This document shows positions 21,300 through 33,861 of a stretch of DNA of 64,000 nucleotides, one piece after another (position 1 is the first letter of the stretch; each line of letters opens with the position of its first letter). The DNA lies in NCBI GenBank assembly GCA_963422595.1, contig OY730298.1, positions 524,109 through 588,108 of the forward strand, given 5' to 3'. A model generated the notes under the pieces. That model was given only the letters and a program-made list of their open reading frames with translations. It was not told the DNA's origin and ran no database searches. The position numbers were made by a program, and so were the translations under genes. Origin of the DNA: Gammaproteobacteria bacterium (GTDB lineage Bacteria; Pseudomonadota; Gammaproteobacteria; UBA4575).

Positions 21300-23287
21300 A
21301 GAGTGTAAATCTCTGGCTTATCTGGCTTATATTAGCTATCTCGCTAAGCGGTGCCGTTCACCCGGCAAACAGCGATGAGCTTATGCTCTCTGAAGAAACC
21401 GTGCGTATTTTCGCTACGTTAACGGGCACCAACATTGAAAAGCCCAAATCAATTAAGCGGATTACGCAACTCGCTGGAGCTGCTGGCACCAATGGCGACG
21501 AATTTTTGCACCCCGATGTTGCATTTCAGGTTTCTGCAAAACCAGGCACTGCCAATAACATTGTCACTTATTGGTCCATAACGGATGGCTATTATCTTTA
21601 TAAAGACAAGATCAGCGTTACGCCCAGTGCAGACGCAAACGTTATTCTTGGCGTCATGGAATTGCCCGAGGGCGAAGAAAAATTCGATGAATATTTCGGC
21701 AACGTTGTCAGTATTGATCACGACTTTCAGTCCAGCATTCCAATACGATTCATGTCGCCTGATACGAGCGTTGACTTAATCGTTACATATCAGGGCTGCG
21801 CCAAAGCGGGGTTGTGTTATCCACCCGTTAGCAAAAACATCCGCGTGCAACTGAACAAACCTGGCGGCGCAGGGACAGTTACCACCAGCACTGATAACAT
21901 ACCAGTTAATGCTCTTAATAACGCCTCCGCTTTTCAATCGGAACAGGATCGTCTTGCCGGCACGCTGGCTTCAGGGAAACTTTGGTTTACCGTAATAAGT
22001 TTCTTTGGCTTAGGCTTGTTACTGGCATTTACGCCTTGTGTGTTTCCGATGATTCCGATTCTTTCCAGTATTATCGTGGGACAAGGTACAGGCATTTCCA
22101 CCTTAAAGGCATTTTCATTATCGCTGGTATATGTGTCAGCGATGGCGATTACTTATACGATTGTCGGGGTCATCGTTGGCTTGTCCGGAGAAAATATTCA
22201 AATATGGTTTCAAAATCCATGGGTGCTAAGCGCATTTGCAGGCATACTCGCGCTGCTTTCTTTGGCCATGTTTGGCTTTTATGAACTGCAAATACCCAAC
22301 GCGGTGCAATCCAGGCTGAACGCGATTAGTTCAAATCAACAGCAAGGCTCCTACTTCGGCGCGGGTATTATGGGATCCCTGTCCGCGCTTATCGTTGCGC
22401 CCTGCGTGACCGCGCCCTTGATTGGCGCGCTCATTTACATCGCGGAAACAGGAGACGCGCTGATTGGAGGCATCGCACTATTCGCCTTGAGCATAGGCAT
22501 GGGCACACCGTTACTTGCGATCAGTACCTCGGCGGGCAAGGTTATTCCCAAAGCTGGAGTCTGGATGAACACCGTGCAAAATGTTTTTGGGGTGCTGTTG
22601 CTGGTATTAGCGATTTGGTTGCTGGAGCGCATATTGCCGGCACCAGTGATCCTCTTGTTAGCAGGCACATTACTGATCGTCTCCGCGATTTATATGGGTG
22701 CCTTAGAGACCATTAAAGAAACTATGTCCGGCTGGTCTAAACTGTGGAAGGGCCTGGGTCTTATCTCATTAGTATATGGCGCAATTCTGATCATCGGCGC
22801 AGCCAGCGGTAGTCACAGTTTGTTACAACCTCTGCAAGGCATCACTACCCAACCAACACTAAATTTTCCCGGCACTAATTCTCAAACCGCGCATACATTA
22901 CCGTTTCAGCAAATCAACGGGATCGCTGAGCTAAACACCGCGATTCAACGGGCAGCTAATGAAAACAAACCGGTGATGCTCGACTTTTATGCCGATTGGT
23001 GCATCACGTGTAAAGAAATGGAATTGCTTACATTCAGTGACGCGAAGGTACAACGGTCTCTGAGTAATTTTGTAACATTACAAGCAGACGTTACTAAAAA
23101 TGATGAGACAGACCGCGCTTTATTAAGAGAATTGGGCCTATTTGGGCCGCCGGCGATTTTGTTTTACGATAATACGGGTAACGAGCTGCGTAATTATCGC
23201 GTTATGGGCTTTATGAGCGCGACAAAATTTGCCTCGCACATTAACAACTTTAAGCAATCATCAGGTGCGGTTGTGCTGCTTAATTAA
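21296..23287 (+). CDS. dsbD: Thiol:disulfide interchange protein
   Basis: YQGCAKAGLCYPP, FTPCVFPMIP, APCV, DFYADWCITCK. Confidence 0.97.
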   Translation: MKSVNLWLIWLILAISLSGAVHPANSDELMLSEETVRIFATLTGTNIEKPKSIKRITQLAGAAGTNGDEFLHPDVAFQVSAKPGTANNIVTYWSITDGYYLYKDKISVTPSADANVILGVMELPEGEEKFDEYFGNVVSIDHDFQSSIPIRFMSPDTSVDLIVTYQGCAKAGLCYPPVSKNIRVQLNKPGGAGTVTTSTDNIPVNALNNASAFQSEQDRLAGTLASGKLWFTVISFFGLGLLLAFTPCVFPMIPILSSIIVGQGTGISTLKAFSLSLVYVSAMAITYTIVGVIVGLSGENIQIWFQNPWVLSAFAGILALLSLAMFGFYELQIPNAVQSRLNAISSNQQQGSYFGAGIMGSLSALIVAPCVTAPLIGALIYIAETGDALIGGIALFALSIGMGTPLLAISTSAGKVIPKAGVWMNTVQNVFGVLLLVLAIWLLERILPAPVILLLAGTLLIVSAIYMGALETIKETMSGWSKLWKGLGLISLVYGAILIIGAASGSHSLLQPLQGITTQPTLNFPGTNSQTAHTLPFQQINGIAELNTAIQRAANENKPVMLDFYADWCITCKEMELLTFSDAKVQRSLSNFVTLQADVTKNDETDRALLRELGLFGPPAILFYDNTGNELRNYRVMGFMSATKFASHINNFKQSSGAVVLLN

Positions 23288-23682
23288 TGGTCTTCAGCCA
23301 GCAGTTTCGCGAGACCACTCACTTTGATCCTGGCGGCGGCTAATTCGCCAGACGTGAAGATGGCGTTAGACAAACACTTTGAATAATAGCTGCGTCTTTC
23401 TATAGTGCTTGGGTGCGTTTATCCCGAGCCTGTACAGCACGATAATATTCAGCAACGTAACAGGTTCACCAGAACTCTGCCCTGGTAGCTCGCCTGGTAT
23501 TGCCATCCATCCACGCCTAACCCGTAAAATTGCGCCGACTACTTCGTATTCAGCGTCTTTGAGTACCCGTGAACAGCGGCAACCGCATAATTTACTGGCA
23601 ACTCTGCAAAATTCATGTACACTTCCAAATAAACGTTATAATCTTGCAAGATCAAGGCATTTAGCAGCACGATAGCTATAAA

Positions 23683-24126
23683 ATGGCTAAACTCTTACTT
23701 TTGAATGGCCCCAATTTGAATTTATTAGGGCATCGTGAACCCACAATATACGGTCATGAGTCACTCTCCGATGTAGTGGCGCGCGCGCGGCAAACGGCTT
23801 CCTGTCTGCATCATCAACTTGAAGACTTTCAGAGCAATGCCGAACATGAATTAGTCGGGCGCATTCATCAGGCCAGAAGAGATGGTATCGACATAATCAT
23901 TTTCAATCCCGGCGCATTTACGCATACCAGCATATCCCTGCGTGATGCGCTACTTGGGGTAGACATTCCCTTTATTGAACTGCATTTGTCCAATGTGTTC
24001 GCGCGTGAAGAGTTTCGGCGGCATTCTTTTCTGTCTGATATCGCGTTGGGCGTGATTTCCGGCATGGGTGCAAAAGGCTATGAGCTTGCGGTCGAAGCCG
24101 CAAATAGCAAACTCACGGAGAGCTAA
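23683..24126 (+). CDS. aroQ: Type II 3-dehydroquinate dehydratase
   Basis: [31 protein letters not shown]. Confidence 0.97.
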   Translation: MAKLLLLNGPNLNLLGHREPTIYGHESLSDVVARARQTASCLHHQLEDFQSNAEHELVGRIHQARRDGIDIIIFNPGAFTHTSISLRDALLGVDIPFIELHLSNVFAREEFRRHSFLSDIALGVISGMGAKGYELAVEAANSKLTES

Positions 24127-24128
24127 AC

Positions 24129-24560
24129 ATGGATATTCGTAAAATAAAAAAACTGATCGAGTTACTGGAAGAATCGGGTATCGCCGAAATTGAAATTAAA
24201 GAGGGTGAAGAATCTGTACGAATCAATCGCGGTTCACCCGCTGCTGCCACGCACCAGGTAATCGCGCCACAGGCCTCGGTTACCAGTACCACACCAGCAG
24301 TTGAGGAACAGGCCACGATCCCCGATGGCCATACCGTAAATTCGCCGATGGTGGGAACATTTTACGAGGCGCCCGCCCCCGAACAAAAACCATTTGTGGA
24401 AGTAGGACATACAGTTCGGGTAGGTGACACCTTGTGTATTATTGAGGCTATGAAAATGTTAAACCAGGTTGAAGCAGATCAGGCCGGCACTATAAAAGCA
24501 GTGTTAGTTGAAAATGCCCAGCCTGTTGAATTTGGGCAAGGGCTATTTGTTATCGGTTGA
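24129..24560 (+). CDS. accB: Acetyl-CoA carboxylase biotin carboxyl carrier protein
   Basis: [25 protein letters not shown] biotin site. Confidence 0.98.
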   Translation: MDIRKIKKLIELLEESGIAEIEIKEGEESVRINRGSPAAATHQVIAPQASVTSTTPAVEEQATIPDGHTVNSPMVGTFYEAPAPEQKPFVEVGHTVRVGDTLCIIEAMKMLNQVEADQAGTIKAVLVENAQPVEFGQGLFVIG

Positions 24561-24585
24561 TTTTCTCATCTGAAGAAGACCTTAG

Positions 24586-25926
24586 ATGTTAGATAAAGTT
24601 GTTATTGCCAATCGCGGCGAGATCGCGCTACGCATCTTACGCGCATGCCGTGACATGGGAATCAAAACGGTCGCGATTCATTCAGAGGCCGATCGCGATT
24701 TAATGCACGTCGGTATGGCCGATGAATCCGTTTGTATAGGCCCGGCACCTTCTGCAAAGAGTTATCTGGATATTCCTGCCATCATTAGCGCTGCGGAAGT
24801 TACTAACGCTACGGCTATTCACCCCGGATACGGATTTCTATCCGAAAATCCCGAGTTTGCGGAAATCGTGGAATCAAGTGGCTTCGTGTTTATTGGGCCA
24901 ACGGCTAAAACCATACGCATAATGGGTGACAAGATTTCTGCTAAGCGCACCATGCAAGCTGCAGGGATACCCTGCGTACCCGGCACCACAGAACCGATTG
25001 GTGAAGACATAGACGGGAACAAGCGCATAGCTGACGATATTGGCTACCCGATTATCATAAAAGCCGTGGGTGGAGGCGGTGGTCGTGGAATGCGAGCGGT
25101 GTTTGAGGAAAGCGAGTTAATCGAAGCTATTGCACTAACTCGCACTGAAACCAAATCTGCGTTTAACGATGACCGCTTATATATGGAAAAATTTCTACAG
25201 GCGCCTCGCCATATCGAATTTCAGGTGCTTGCGGATACCCATGGTAATGCGATTCATCTATGTGAGCGCGATTGTTCCATGCAACGCCGTAATCAGAAAG
25301 TTATAGAAGAGGCACCCGCATTTGGGATCACGGAAGAACAACGCAACACGATAGGTGAACGCGTTACCCAAGCGTGTCGCCAAATTGGTTACCGCGGCGC
25401 CGGTACCTTTGAGTTTTTATATGAAAATGGTGAGTTTTATTTCATTGAGATGAACACGCGCGTACAAGTTGAACATCCGGTAACCGAAATGATTACTGGT
25501 ATTGACATCGTGAAACAACAGTTGCTGGTCGCGGCAGGCGAGAAAATTTCATTTACGCAAGACGAAATTGACATTCACGGGCATGCAATTGAATGTCGCA
25601 TTAATGCTGAAGACCCTTACAAATTTATCCCTTGCCCAGGCAGAGTCAGTCATTTTCACTGTCCTGGGGGGCCCGGCATACGGGTTGATACGCATTTATA
25701 CAATGGCTATACGGTGCCTCCTCATTATGACTCGATGATTGGTAAACTATTGGCGATTGGGCATAACCGTCAGGGCGCAATCACGCGCATGTTGGGCGCA
25801 TTACACGAGATCGTCATTGACGGCATCACTACCAATGTCCCTCTTTTGCAAGACTTGATGCGCGATCGCGTATACGTTGATGCAAAACATAACATTCGTT
25901 ATCTTGAGACAAAGCTCAAAGAGTAA
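24586..25926 (+). CDS. accC: Acetyl-CoA carboxylase biotin carboxylase
   Basis: [34 protein letters not shown]. Confidence 0.98.
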   Translation: MLDKVVIANRGEIALRILRACRDMGIKTVAIHSEADRDLMHVGMADESVCIGPAPSAKSYLDIPAIISAAEVTNATAIHPGYGFLSENPEFAEIVESSGFVFIGPTAKTIRIMGDKISAKRTMQAAGIPCVPGTTEPIGEDIDGNKRIADDIGYPIIIKAVGGGGGRGMRAVFEESELIEAIALTRTETKSAFNDDRLYMEKFLQAPRHIEFQVLADTHGNAIHLCERDCSMQRRNQKVIEEAPAFGITEEQRNTIGERVTQACRQIGYRGAGTFEFLYENGEFYFIEMNTRVQVEHPVTEMITGIDIVKQQLLVAAGEKISFTQDEIDIHGHAIECRINAEDPYKFIPCPGRVSHFHCPGGPGIRVDTHLYNGYTVPPHYDSMIGKLLAIGHNRQGAITRMLGALHEIVIDGITTNVPLLQDLMRDRVYVDAKHNIRYLETKLKE

Positions 25927-25989
25927 CTCTCTTGGAGCGTAATCTATGCCACTTGGCAGACGGACACATATTCCACAGATTGGTATGCG

Positions 25990-26421
25990 CTGTAATAGCA
26001 GAGCAATAATGGCAAGGCAAATTCACTACAAATTTTAGAAAAGGTCTTGGCTTTTACTGAAACGCATGCAATCATCGGCTGTGATAATTAAAGAGTACCG
26101 CAAAGATAGGATAGAGCTATTTAATTAAATAGCCTAGTGTATTAAAAAAGAACAGGACACCACTCACTACGATCCTGAATGGAATATCCCGAAGGTGCAA
26201 TACAAGTATATTTTGATGGTTGGTATCCACGTTATAAAATAATGCGGAGGTTCGCGTTACTCGAAAGTATATCTCCCAGTATCTAAAAAATTTACAAGCT
26301 ACGCGATAGATGTATCAAAGAGGCGTTGTTGCGTATAGAGCAAGTGATTTGTGGTAACAATAACCACTGGCGCAATTTTTTAAGTATCTATCAAGCCTAT
26401 AAGATGGAGTTAGCCGTATGA
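25990..26421 (+). pseudogene. dusB: Eroded 3' remnant of tRNA-dihydrouridine synthase B
   Basis: Interrupted frames read NGKANSLQILEKVLAFTETHAIIG and EVRVTRKYISQYLKNL, resembling DusB [25 protein letters not shown] and RIARKHVSWYL as recalled; last frame ends ELAV-stop overlapping the fis ATG. Confidence 0.6.
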
Positions 26422-26699
26422 GTGTGCCATTTTCAACTGCCCAAGTGACCGATTTACGTCGTGAACATCGTACGCAACCTTTACATAACGCGGTTTCTGA
26501 TTCTTTGCGCCTTTATTTAAACCAGCTAAGTGGTCATGAACCTAAAGATCTTTATAAAATGCTCTTAAAAGAAGTTGAACGCCCTTTGTTTGAATCGGTT
26601 ATGCAGTATTGTAATGGTAACCAAACCAAGGCGGCTCGGTGCCTGGGCCTTAATCGCGGCACACTCCGTAAAAAGCTTAAAATATATGGGCTAAATTAG
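26418..26699 (+). CDS. fis: DNA-binding protein Fis
   Basis: EVERPL, GNQTKAA..LGLNRGTLRKKLK. Confidence 0.95.
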   Translation: MSVPFSTAQVTDLRREHRTQPLHNAVSDSLRLYLNQLSGHEPKDLYKMLLKEVERPLFESVMQYCNGNQTKAARCLGLNRGTLRKKLKIYGLN

Positions 26700-26728
26700 T
26701 CTTCAGTTCACTTTTATAGATTATTTCC

Positions 26729-28306
26729 TTGACTGACTCTAAGCGACAGCTTGTGCGTCGCGCATTAATTAGCGTTTCTGATAAATCGGGCATCGTAGAG
26801 TTCGCTCGTGAGCTAAGTAAATTAAATATTGAACTCTTGTCCACGGGGGGTAGCGCAAAGCTTTTACATGATAACGGAATAAGCGTTACTGAAGTTTCGG
26901 ATTATACGGGCTTTCCGGAAATCATGGGCGGTCGGGTCAAGACCCTGCATCCAAAAATTCACGGCGGGATACTTGGCCGTCGCGACATGGATAAAGAGGT
27001 AATGCGGCAACATGACATAGCACCTATAGATTTGGTCGTCATCAACCTTTACCCCTTTGCCACAACCGTCGCTACGCGCAGGTGTTCACTAGAGAGCGCT
27101 ATTGAAAATATTGATATTGGCGGAGTTGCGATGTTACGCGCCGCGGCAAAAAACAACACCCACGTTGCCGTAGTGGTGGAGCCCACCGATTATAACGACA
27201 TCATAGCTCAATTATACACTAACAATGGCACCCTGAACCAAGTATTGCGCTTTGAGCTTGCCGTGAAGGCATTTGAGCACACCGCGCAGTATGATGGCGC
27301 GATCGCTGATTATTTAGGCAAAAGATTACCTTCTGGCGACTCAATTTTTCCGCGTGCGCTCAATCTCCGATTGCAACGGGAGCAAGTGTTGCGTTATGGG
27401 GAAAACCCTCATCAACGCGGCGCCCTTTACGTCGAGGAGGGCATATTTGAACCAGGTATAGCAACTTCTAAAGTTATACAGGGTAAACAATTATCATATA
27501 ATAACGTAGTGGATGCCGATGCCGCATTAGAGTGCGTGCAGCAATTTTCTGCGGCCGCATGTGTCATCGTTAAACATGCTAATCCTTGCGGGGTCGCTAC
27601 CGGCGAGAACCTTTTACAGGCCTATGAGCGCGCCTATCGAACTGATCCCACTTCCGCATTTGGCGGTATTATCGCTATGAATCAGGAGCTGGACGCCAAA
27701 ACTGCAAACACGATTATTGAGCGACAGTTTGTAGAGGTGCTTATCGCCCCGACAATTTCACCGGCGGCACGTGAGGTCCTGGCGTCTAAAAAAAATATTC
27801 GCGTATTGACACGTGGAGCACAGCAGCAAGGGTCAGCTGAATCATTCGATTATAAGCGCGTGGGCGGTGGCCTGTTGGTGCAGGATCACGATGCGAAGGA
27901 CATTGATCAAACGAGCATAAAAGTCGTCTCCAGACGATCACCAACAAATGCTGAACTTGAAGATTTGCTGTTTGCCTGGAGAGTGGTGAAGTTTGTAAAG
28001 TCTAATGCCATTGTCTATGCGCGTGATCAACAAACGATTGGTATTGGCGCCGGACAAATGAGCCGTGTTTACTCGGCAAAAATAGCGGCGATTAAGGCCA
28101 GTGATGAAAACCTGGGGGTTGCCGGATCGGTTATGGCATCCGATGCTTTTTTTCCCTTTCGGGATGCGATTGATGCCGCACATAAAAATGGTATCAGCGC
28201 CATTATTCAACCCGGCGGATCAAAAAACGATGATGAGATCATTGCCGCAACGGACGAGTATGGAATTGCAATGGTGGTTACCGGAACGCGACACTTTCGC
28301 CATTAA
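26729..28306 (+). CDS. purH: Bifunctional AICAR transformylase/IMP cyclohydrolase
   Basis: [45 protein letters not shown]. Confidence 0.98.
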   Translation: MTDSKRQLVRRALISVSDKSGIVEFARELSKLNIELLSTGGSAKLLHDNGISVTEVSDYTGFPEIMGGRVKTLHPKIHGGILGRRDMDKEVMRQHDIAPIDLVVINLYPFATTVATRRCSLESAIENIDIGGVAMLRAAAKNNTHVAVVVEPTDYNDIIAQLYTNNGTLNQVLRFELAVKAFEHTAQYDGAIADYLGKRLPSGDSIFPRALNLRLQREQVLRYGENPHQRGALYVEEGIFEPGIATSKVIQGKQLSYNNVVDADAALECVQQFSAAACVIVKHANPCGVATGENLLQAYERAYRTDPTSAFGGIIAMNQELDAKTANTIIERQFVEVLIAPTISPAAREVLASKKNIRVLTRGAQQQGSAESFDYKRVGGGLLVQDHDAKDIDQTSIKVVSRRSPTNAELEDLLFAWRVVKFVKSNAIVYARDQQTIGIGAGQMSRVYSAKIAAIKASDENLGVAGSVMASDAFFPFRDAIDAAHKNGISAIIQPGGSKNDDEIIAATDEYGIAMVVTGTRHFRH

Positions 28307-28460
28307 TTAACATGCGTCTTTTATGTTGATGTTTCATGGTGGAAGGTGCTGCATCCCATTGTTCAGGTGCTTGGGCATATGTCGTCACATGCGTTAACTT
28401 GTCAGGCGGCGCTGGAATAAAAATTGGCGAAGACAACACCCATTATTTAAGCATGACGAT

Positions 28461-29375
28461 TTGCTCTTTGCCAGGAACGCATTAGTGGCGCCGTTTATCC
28501 AAATCCTGGGCGTTATGTTTCCAATCATCGCTATTGTGGCATTAGGTACAATCCTCGGCCGCACCTGGGAACCCGACATGGAGACGGCAAATCGCCTTAA
28601 TCTGGATGTATTTGTGCCCGCATTGGTATTTTCAGTTTTTAGTGATAAGTCGTTTATTATTTCGCACCATTTGTCACTCGCCGCCGCCGGATTGGCGGTA
28701 ATTTTTATCGCTGGAGCACTTGCCTTACTGATTTCGACGTTCACTGCTTATCCCTTCCGAACTATCGCGCCACCAATGATGTTCCATAATGCAGGTAACG
28801 TAGGGTTGCCTATAATGAGTCTTGCATTCGGCACCTCGGGATTAGTAGCGGGTCTGGTGTTATTTCTGATTGGCAATCTTACACACTTTGGTTTTGGCAG
28901 TATGATTTTGGCCCCCGGAAACGCGGTTTCCGCACTAATCAGACAACCTGTAATTTGGGTTGCCGCGCTCGCACTACTCATTAATACCGCGCCTGTCAAC
29001 ATGCCCGGCAGTGTCATGTTACCGCTTAGTATGCTGGGACAAATTGCGATTCCTTTAATGCTGATTTCTCTGGGCGTACGCCTTGCAAAAATTGACTTTC
29101 AGGAATGGAAAATCGGAATTATCTTTGCCGTGGTTACCCCACTTACAGGATTTTGCACGGCCTTTGTTATCGTGAAATTCTTTGCATTCACCGCTATACA
29201 GGCGGGTTCGTTATTGTTATTTGGCGCCTTACCTCCCGCGGTAATGAACTTTTTGTTTGCGGAACGATTTAAGCAGCAACCCAAGTCTGTGGCTTCTATC
29301 GTGCTGCTGGGCAATCTATTCGCTATTATTACGTTGCCACTGGTGTTGGCTTTTGTGCTTGCTCGGTACACCTGA
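28461..29375 (+). CDS. AEC (auxin efflux carrier-like) family transporter
   Basis: About 10 TM helices, VFVPALVF, NAGNVGLP, IPLMLISLG, LPPAV. Confidence 0.85.
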   Translation: MLFARNALVAPFIQILGVMFPIIAIVALGTILGRTWEPDMETANRLNLDVFVPALVFSVFSDKSFIISHHLSLAAAGLAVIFIAGALALLISTFTAYPFRTIAPPMMFHNAGNVGLPIMSLAFGTSGLVAGLVLFLIGNLTHFGFGSMILAPGNAVSALIRQPVIWVAALALLINTAPVNMPGSVMLPLSMLGQIAIPLMLISLGVRLAKIDFQEWKIGIIFAVVTPLTGFCTAFVIVKFFAFTAIQAGSLLLFGALPPAVMNFLFAERFKQQPKSVASIVLLGNLFAIITLPLVLAFVLARYT

Positions 29376-29405
29376 AGAACAATTTATAAAAGGATTGATG
29401 CGACA

Positions 29406-30689
29406 ATGAAGATGCTGGTCGTTGGTGGTGGTGGACGTGAACATGCGTTCGCCTGGAAGTTTGCTCAATCGCCAAAAGTGGCCCAGGTATTTGTAGCGCC
29501 TGGAAATGCAGGTACCGCGCGCGAACCAAATACCAGAAACGTTGACATTGATGCGGAAGATATTATGTCTTTGCTTACCTTCGCTAAGCGACAACAAATC
29601 GATTTGACCGTAGTTGGCCCCGAAGCACCCTTGGTAGCCGGTATTGTTGATCAATTCAACAACCAGCAACTGCCAATTTTCGGGCCTACCGCCGCTACTG
29701 CACAATTAGAAGGATCTAAGGCATTTGCCAAGCGATTTATGAGACAGCATGACATTCCAACGGGTGATTATGCAGTATTCACGAGTCTGGAAGAGGCAAG
29801 CGCCTATATCTTGTCCAAAACTGTCCCTATAGTAATCAAGGCAGATGGTTTAGCCGCGGGGAAAGGCGTGATCGTCGCGCAAACTCATCAATACGCGCTG
29901 GAGTGCGCGGCAAAAATGTTAGGCGGCAGCAGTTTTGGAGACGCCGGACGGCGTATTGTGGTTGAGGAGTTTATCGCCGGCGAGGAGGCCAGCTTTATTT
30001 GCATGGTCGATGGCGAACACGTGCTGCCAATGGCGAGCTCCCAGGATCATAAAGCGCGTGACGAGGGGGACGTTGGGCCAAACACCGGGGGCATGGGTGC
30101 GTATTCCCCCGCAGCTGTCGTGAATGAGTCTATGTATCAACGTATCCTGGACGAGATCATTCACCCTACGGTAAACGGTTTCTTGCAGCAAGGTACTCCA
30201 TACATTGGTTTTCTGTACGCGGGTTTGATGATCGATTCTCAAGCTAACCCTCACGTGCTGGAGTTTAATTGCCGTTTTGGTGATCCCGAAACCCAACCCA
30301 TCCTGATGCGTATGCAATCCGACCTGGCGGAACTATGCATGGCCGCGCTTGCAAAACAGCTGCATCGGCATCGCATTCAGTGGGATGCACGCTCCGCACT
30401 TGGGGTAGTGCTCGCTGCTAAAGGGTATCCTGGGCCGTACCACAAAGGTGACGTGATCCAAGGTCTCGCCGAACCAATACCGGATACGCAAAAAATCTTT
30501 CACGCAGGTACCAGATTGCGCAATGGAGACATTTTGACTAATGGCGGTCGGGTATTGTGCGCGACGGCTCTGGGTAACGATTTTTATGACGCAAAAACCA
30601 ACGCCTATGAACTGGTGCGGCAGGTTTCGTGGCCAAATATGTTTTATCGCCCAGACATCGGTTGTCACGCCATCACGACCAAGCCCTGA
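29406..30689 (+). CDS. purD: Phosphoribosylamine--glycine ligase
   Basis: GGGGREHA, KADGLAAGKGV, GPNTGGMG, EFNCRFGDPE. Confidence 0.98.
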   Translation: MKMLVVGGGGREHAFAWKFAQSPKVAQVFVAPGNAGTAREPNTRNVDIDAEDIMSLLTFAKRQQIDLTVVGPEAPLVAGIVDQFNNQQLPIFGPTAATAQLEGSKAFAKRFMRQHDIPTGDYAVFTSLEEASAYILSKTVPIVIKADGLAAGKGVIVAQTHQYALECAAKMLGGSSFGDAGRRIVVEEFIAGEEASFICMVDGEHVLPMASSQDHKARDEGDVGPNTGGMGAYSPAAVVNESMYQRILDEIIHPTVNGFLQQGTPYIGFLYAGLMIDSQANPHVLEFNCRFGDPETQPILMRMQSDLAELCMAALAKQLHRHRIQWDARSALGVVLAAKGYPGPYHKGDVIQGLAEPIPDTQKIFHAGTRLRNGDILTNGGRVLCATALGNDFYDAKTNAYELVRQVSWPNMFYRPDIGCHAITTKP

Positions 30690-30818
30690 AGGGGTATTCA
30701 ACGGCAAATCTCATAGATAGATACCGCCGGCCGACATTTGAAAAAATGCAGCGGGATTGATAATGCTGTTGTAAGAGAGTGTTTACGTTTTTAAGGTTTA
30801 ACGACGCCAGAGAATAAA

Positions 30819-32075
30819 TTAACGTTTCATCGCCTCGAAAAACTCGTTGTTGGTCTTGGCACTTTGCATGCGACCCAGCATAAAATCCATAGCTTCGACC
30901 TCATCCATAGAGTGCAGGAATTTACGCAGTACCCAAATTTTCTGTAGTTCTTCAGCATCCGTAATGAGTTCTTCGCGACGCGTGCCAGAACGATTAATGT
31001 TAACTGCCGGGAATACACGTTTTTCAGCAATACGCCGATCCATATGAATCTCCATATTACCCGTGCCCTTAAATTCCTCGTAAATAACTTCATCCATCCT
31101 GGATCCGGTATCCACCAAAGCGGTGGCAAGAATAGTAAGACTACCGCCTTCTTCAATGTTGCGCGCGGCGCCAAAGAAGCGCTTAGGACGTTGTAGCGCA
31201 TTCGCGTCAACCCCACCCGTTAACACCTTGCCAGACGCTGGAACCATGGTGTTATACGCGCGCGCGAGACGTGTAATCGAATCAAGCAGAATAATCACGT
31301 CACATTTGTGTTCTACCAGTCGCTTCGCCTTTTCGATGACCATCTCGGCGACCTGTACATGGCGGCTGGCGGGTTCGTCAAAAGTGCTCGACACCACTTC
31401 GCCTTGTACCATACGCTCCATTTCTGTGACTTCTTCAGGTCGCTCATCAATAAGCAATACAATCAAGTAGCATTCCGGGTGGTTGGAGGTGATACTTTGT
31501 GCAATATTTTGCAACATCAGCGTCTTGCCGGCCTTAGGCGGCGAAATAATCAAGCCACGCTGACCTTTGCCTATCGGTGCGCAGACATCAATAATACGCG
31601 CCGTAATATCTTCGGTACTGCCGTTGCCGCGCTCTAGCTTCAAGCGTTCATCCGGGTGTAGGGGAGTTAAGTTTTCAAATAGAATCTTACGCTTCGCGTT
31701 TTCAGGCTTATCAAAATTAATTTGATCCACTTTCAGCATGGCGAAATAGCGTTCGCCATCTTTAGGGGGGCGGATTTTCCCGGATACGGTATCTCCAGTG
31801 CGTAATCCAAACCGACGTATCTGACTGGGAGAGACATAGATATCATCAGATCCGGCAAGATAAGAACAATCCGCAGAGCGCAGGAAGCCAAAACCATCAT
31901 GTAGAATCTCCAGTACGCCATCACCAAATATATCTCCGCCATTCTTTGCGTGCGCCTTAAGAATCGAAAATATGATGTCTTGCTTGCGTGAACGAGACAG
32001 GCTGTCAATGCCCATGTCTTCCGCGATATCTATTAATTCCGAAGCGGGCTTTTTCTTTAATTCTGTCAAATTCAT
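30819..32075 (-). CDS. rho: Transcription termination factor Rho
   Basis: [33 protein letters not shown]. Confidence 0.99.
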   Translation of the reverse strand: MNLTELKKKPASELIDIAEDMGIDSLSRSRKQDIIFSILKAHAKNGGDIFGDGVLEILHDGFGFLRSADCSYLAGSDDIYVSPSQIRRFGLRTGDTVSGKIRPPKDGERYFAMLKVDQINFDKPENAKRKILFENLTPLHPDERLKLERGNGSTEDITARIIDVCAPIGKGQRGLIISPPKAGKTLMLQNIAQSITSNHPECYLIVLLIDERPEEVTEMERMVQGEVVSSTFDEPASRHVQVAEMVIEKAKRLVEHKCDVIILLDSITRLARAYNTMVPASGKVLTGGVDANALQRPKRFFGAARNIEEGGSLTILATALVDTGSRMDEVIYEEFKGTGNMEIHMDRRIAEKRVFPAVNINRSGTRREELITDAEELQKIWVLRKFLHSMDEVEAMDFMLGRMQSAKTNNEFFEAMKR

Positions 32076-32274
32076 AGCATTTTTAGCTTTTATTTATTAA
32101 CAAAGGATAAGGATTTTTAAATCGTTCGCACGCAAGACTCAACTAACGCTGCGAAATAGCGTTTTATTTATCAGAATTTTTCTGCGTGGCTGATATGTTT
32201 CGCTATATATTTATTATTTAATATCTTCAGTTATACTGGCAGACAGCTGATAGAATTTTTTAGTGTATTCAGGC

Positions 32275-32601
32275 TTATATATTTTGATCAATAAATGCAG
32301 TTAATTGTGATCTTGATAATGCGCCCACTTTGGTAGCTTCCACATTACCATTTTTGAAAATCATTAATGTAGGAATGCCACGCACCCCATATTTAGGCGG
32401 CACATTAGGGTTATCATCTATGTTTAGCTTAGTGACCTTCAGCTTGCCCTGGTATTCGTCCGCGATTTCGTCCAGCAGCGGCGTGATCATTTTGCAAGGG
32501 CCGCACCACTCCGCCCAATAATCAACCAGTACAGGTTGCTCGGACTGTAATACTTCAGACTCAAAGCTGTCATCGGTTATATGGCTAATATTGTCACTCA
32601 C
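32275..32601 (-). CDS. trxA: Thioredoxin
   Basis: WAEWCGPCK; upstream of rho. Confidence 0.98.
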   Translation of the reverse strand: MSDNISHITDDSFESEVLQSEQPVLVDYWAEWCGPCKMITPLLDEIADEYQGKLKVTKLNIDDNPNVPPKYGVRGIPTLMIFKNGNVEATKVGALSRSQLTAFIDQNI

Positions 32602-32916
32602 CCAACTAATTCTCCAATATTCAAAAAGTTAAAATAATGCCGTGAAAACGTGCGCCTGAAATGGCGAATTTACATAGGATGTTACTGCAAGGTAGCCGTT
32701 ACCATGCTATTTTTATGCATTCTTTATATGATTACAAGCCCGCGATACAAATAGCACCACATTTACCGAAAAAAACCGGTTTGAAGCCTATACGACTCAT
32801 AATAATAGAGCATTTTTTAGCCTGATGCGGGCCGCTTCGGGACCAAAACGTCAGGTTTCTCTGGTATCAGTCTTGGTCACGGTAAAGATTTGTGCACAAA
32901 CATAAGGCCTCTGAGC

Positions 32917-33861
32917 ATGAAGACATCAACGATTTGCGTACTGGGTGGCAGTGGATTTGTCGGGGGCCATTTGTGCGCCGAGTTGGTTAAACGTGGTCAT
33001 AACGTAAAAATCCTCACCCGCAGACGTGAACGGCATCGAAGTCTGCTGGTGTTACCAACCGTTCAAATAATTGAGTCTGACGTGCATGGCGAAGCTCAAT
33101 TAAATATGCACTTTGCAGGCTGTGACGTGGTCATTAACCTGGTAGGCATTCTCAATGAGAAGGGTCACAAGGGAAAAGGTTTTCATGCCGCCCACATGGA
33201 ACTTACGCGCAAGGTTATTACTGCATGCACCGGTTGTAAAATCGAAAGGTTGCTACACATGAGCGCGCTCAATGCCAACCCAAATGAAAAAAGCTTTTAT
33301 CTGCGCACTAAAGGCGAAGCCGAAAATTACGCGCATACTTTTGGAGCGAACAGGATTGCCATAACAAGCTTCAGGCCGTCGGTGATTTTTGGCCCGGAAG
33401 ATGATTTTCTAAATCGCTTCGCATCTGTATTGAAATTCACTCCCTGGTTGCTGCCTTTGGCATGCGCAGAAACGAGGTTTGCTCCGGTCTACGTGGGAGA
33501 CGTCGTAAAGGCTATGGTCGGGGCGTTGGACGACCCAAGTTCATTTGGGCAGAAAATCGATTTGTGCGGCCCCAGTCAATACACGCTAAAACAACTGGTG
33601 GAATATGTTGCTTCCACCTGTGGGTACCAAAGAAAAATTATCGGACTGCCAAATTGGCTGTCTAAACTACAGGCACGTATTTTAGAGTACGCGCCCGGCA
33701 AACCGTTCTCGTTAGATAACTATTATGCACTACAAAAAGACAATATCTGCCGTGCAAAAGCCAACTGTTCCACTGCTTTGGAAGCGGTCGCCCCCGGATA
33801 TCTGTTAAGTCGATCCAGACGGGTACGTTATTATACATCCCGCACCAAATATAATCGCTAA
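32917..33861 (+). CDS. NDUFA9-like NAD-dependent epimerase/SDR
   Basis: LGGSGFVG, INLVGIL, HMSAL, Y..TK.EAE, RPSVIFG. Confidence 0.88.
   Translation: MKTSTICVLGGSGFVGGHLCAELVKRGHNVKILTRRRERHRSLLVLPTVQIIESDVHGEAQLNMHFAGCDVVINLVGILNEKGHKGKGFHAAHMELTRKVITACTGCKIERLLHMSALNANPNEKSFYLRTKGEAENYAHTFGANRIAITSFRPSVIFGPEDDFLNRFASVLKFTPWLLPLACAETRFAPVYVGDVVKAMVGALDDPSSFGQKIDLCGPSQYTLKQLVEYVASTCGYQRKIIGLPNWLSKLQARILEYAPGKPFSLDNYYALQKDNICRAKANCSTALEAVAPGYLLSRSRRVRYYTSRTKYNR

Noticed and set aside
23288-23682. ORF or TlpA remnant between dsbD and aroQ
   Set aside because: No CxxC or other recognisable motif found
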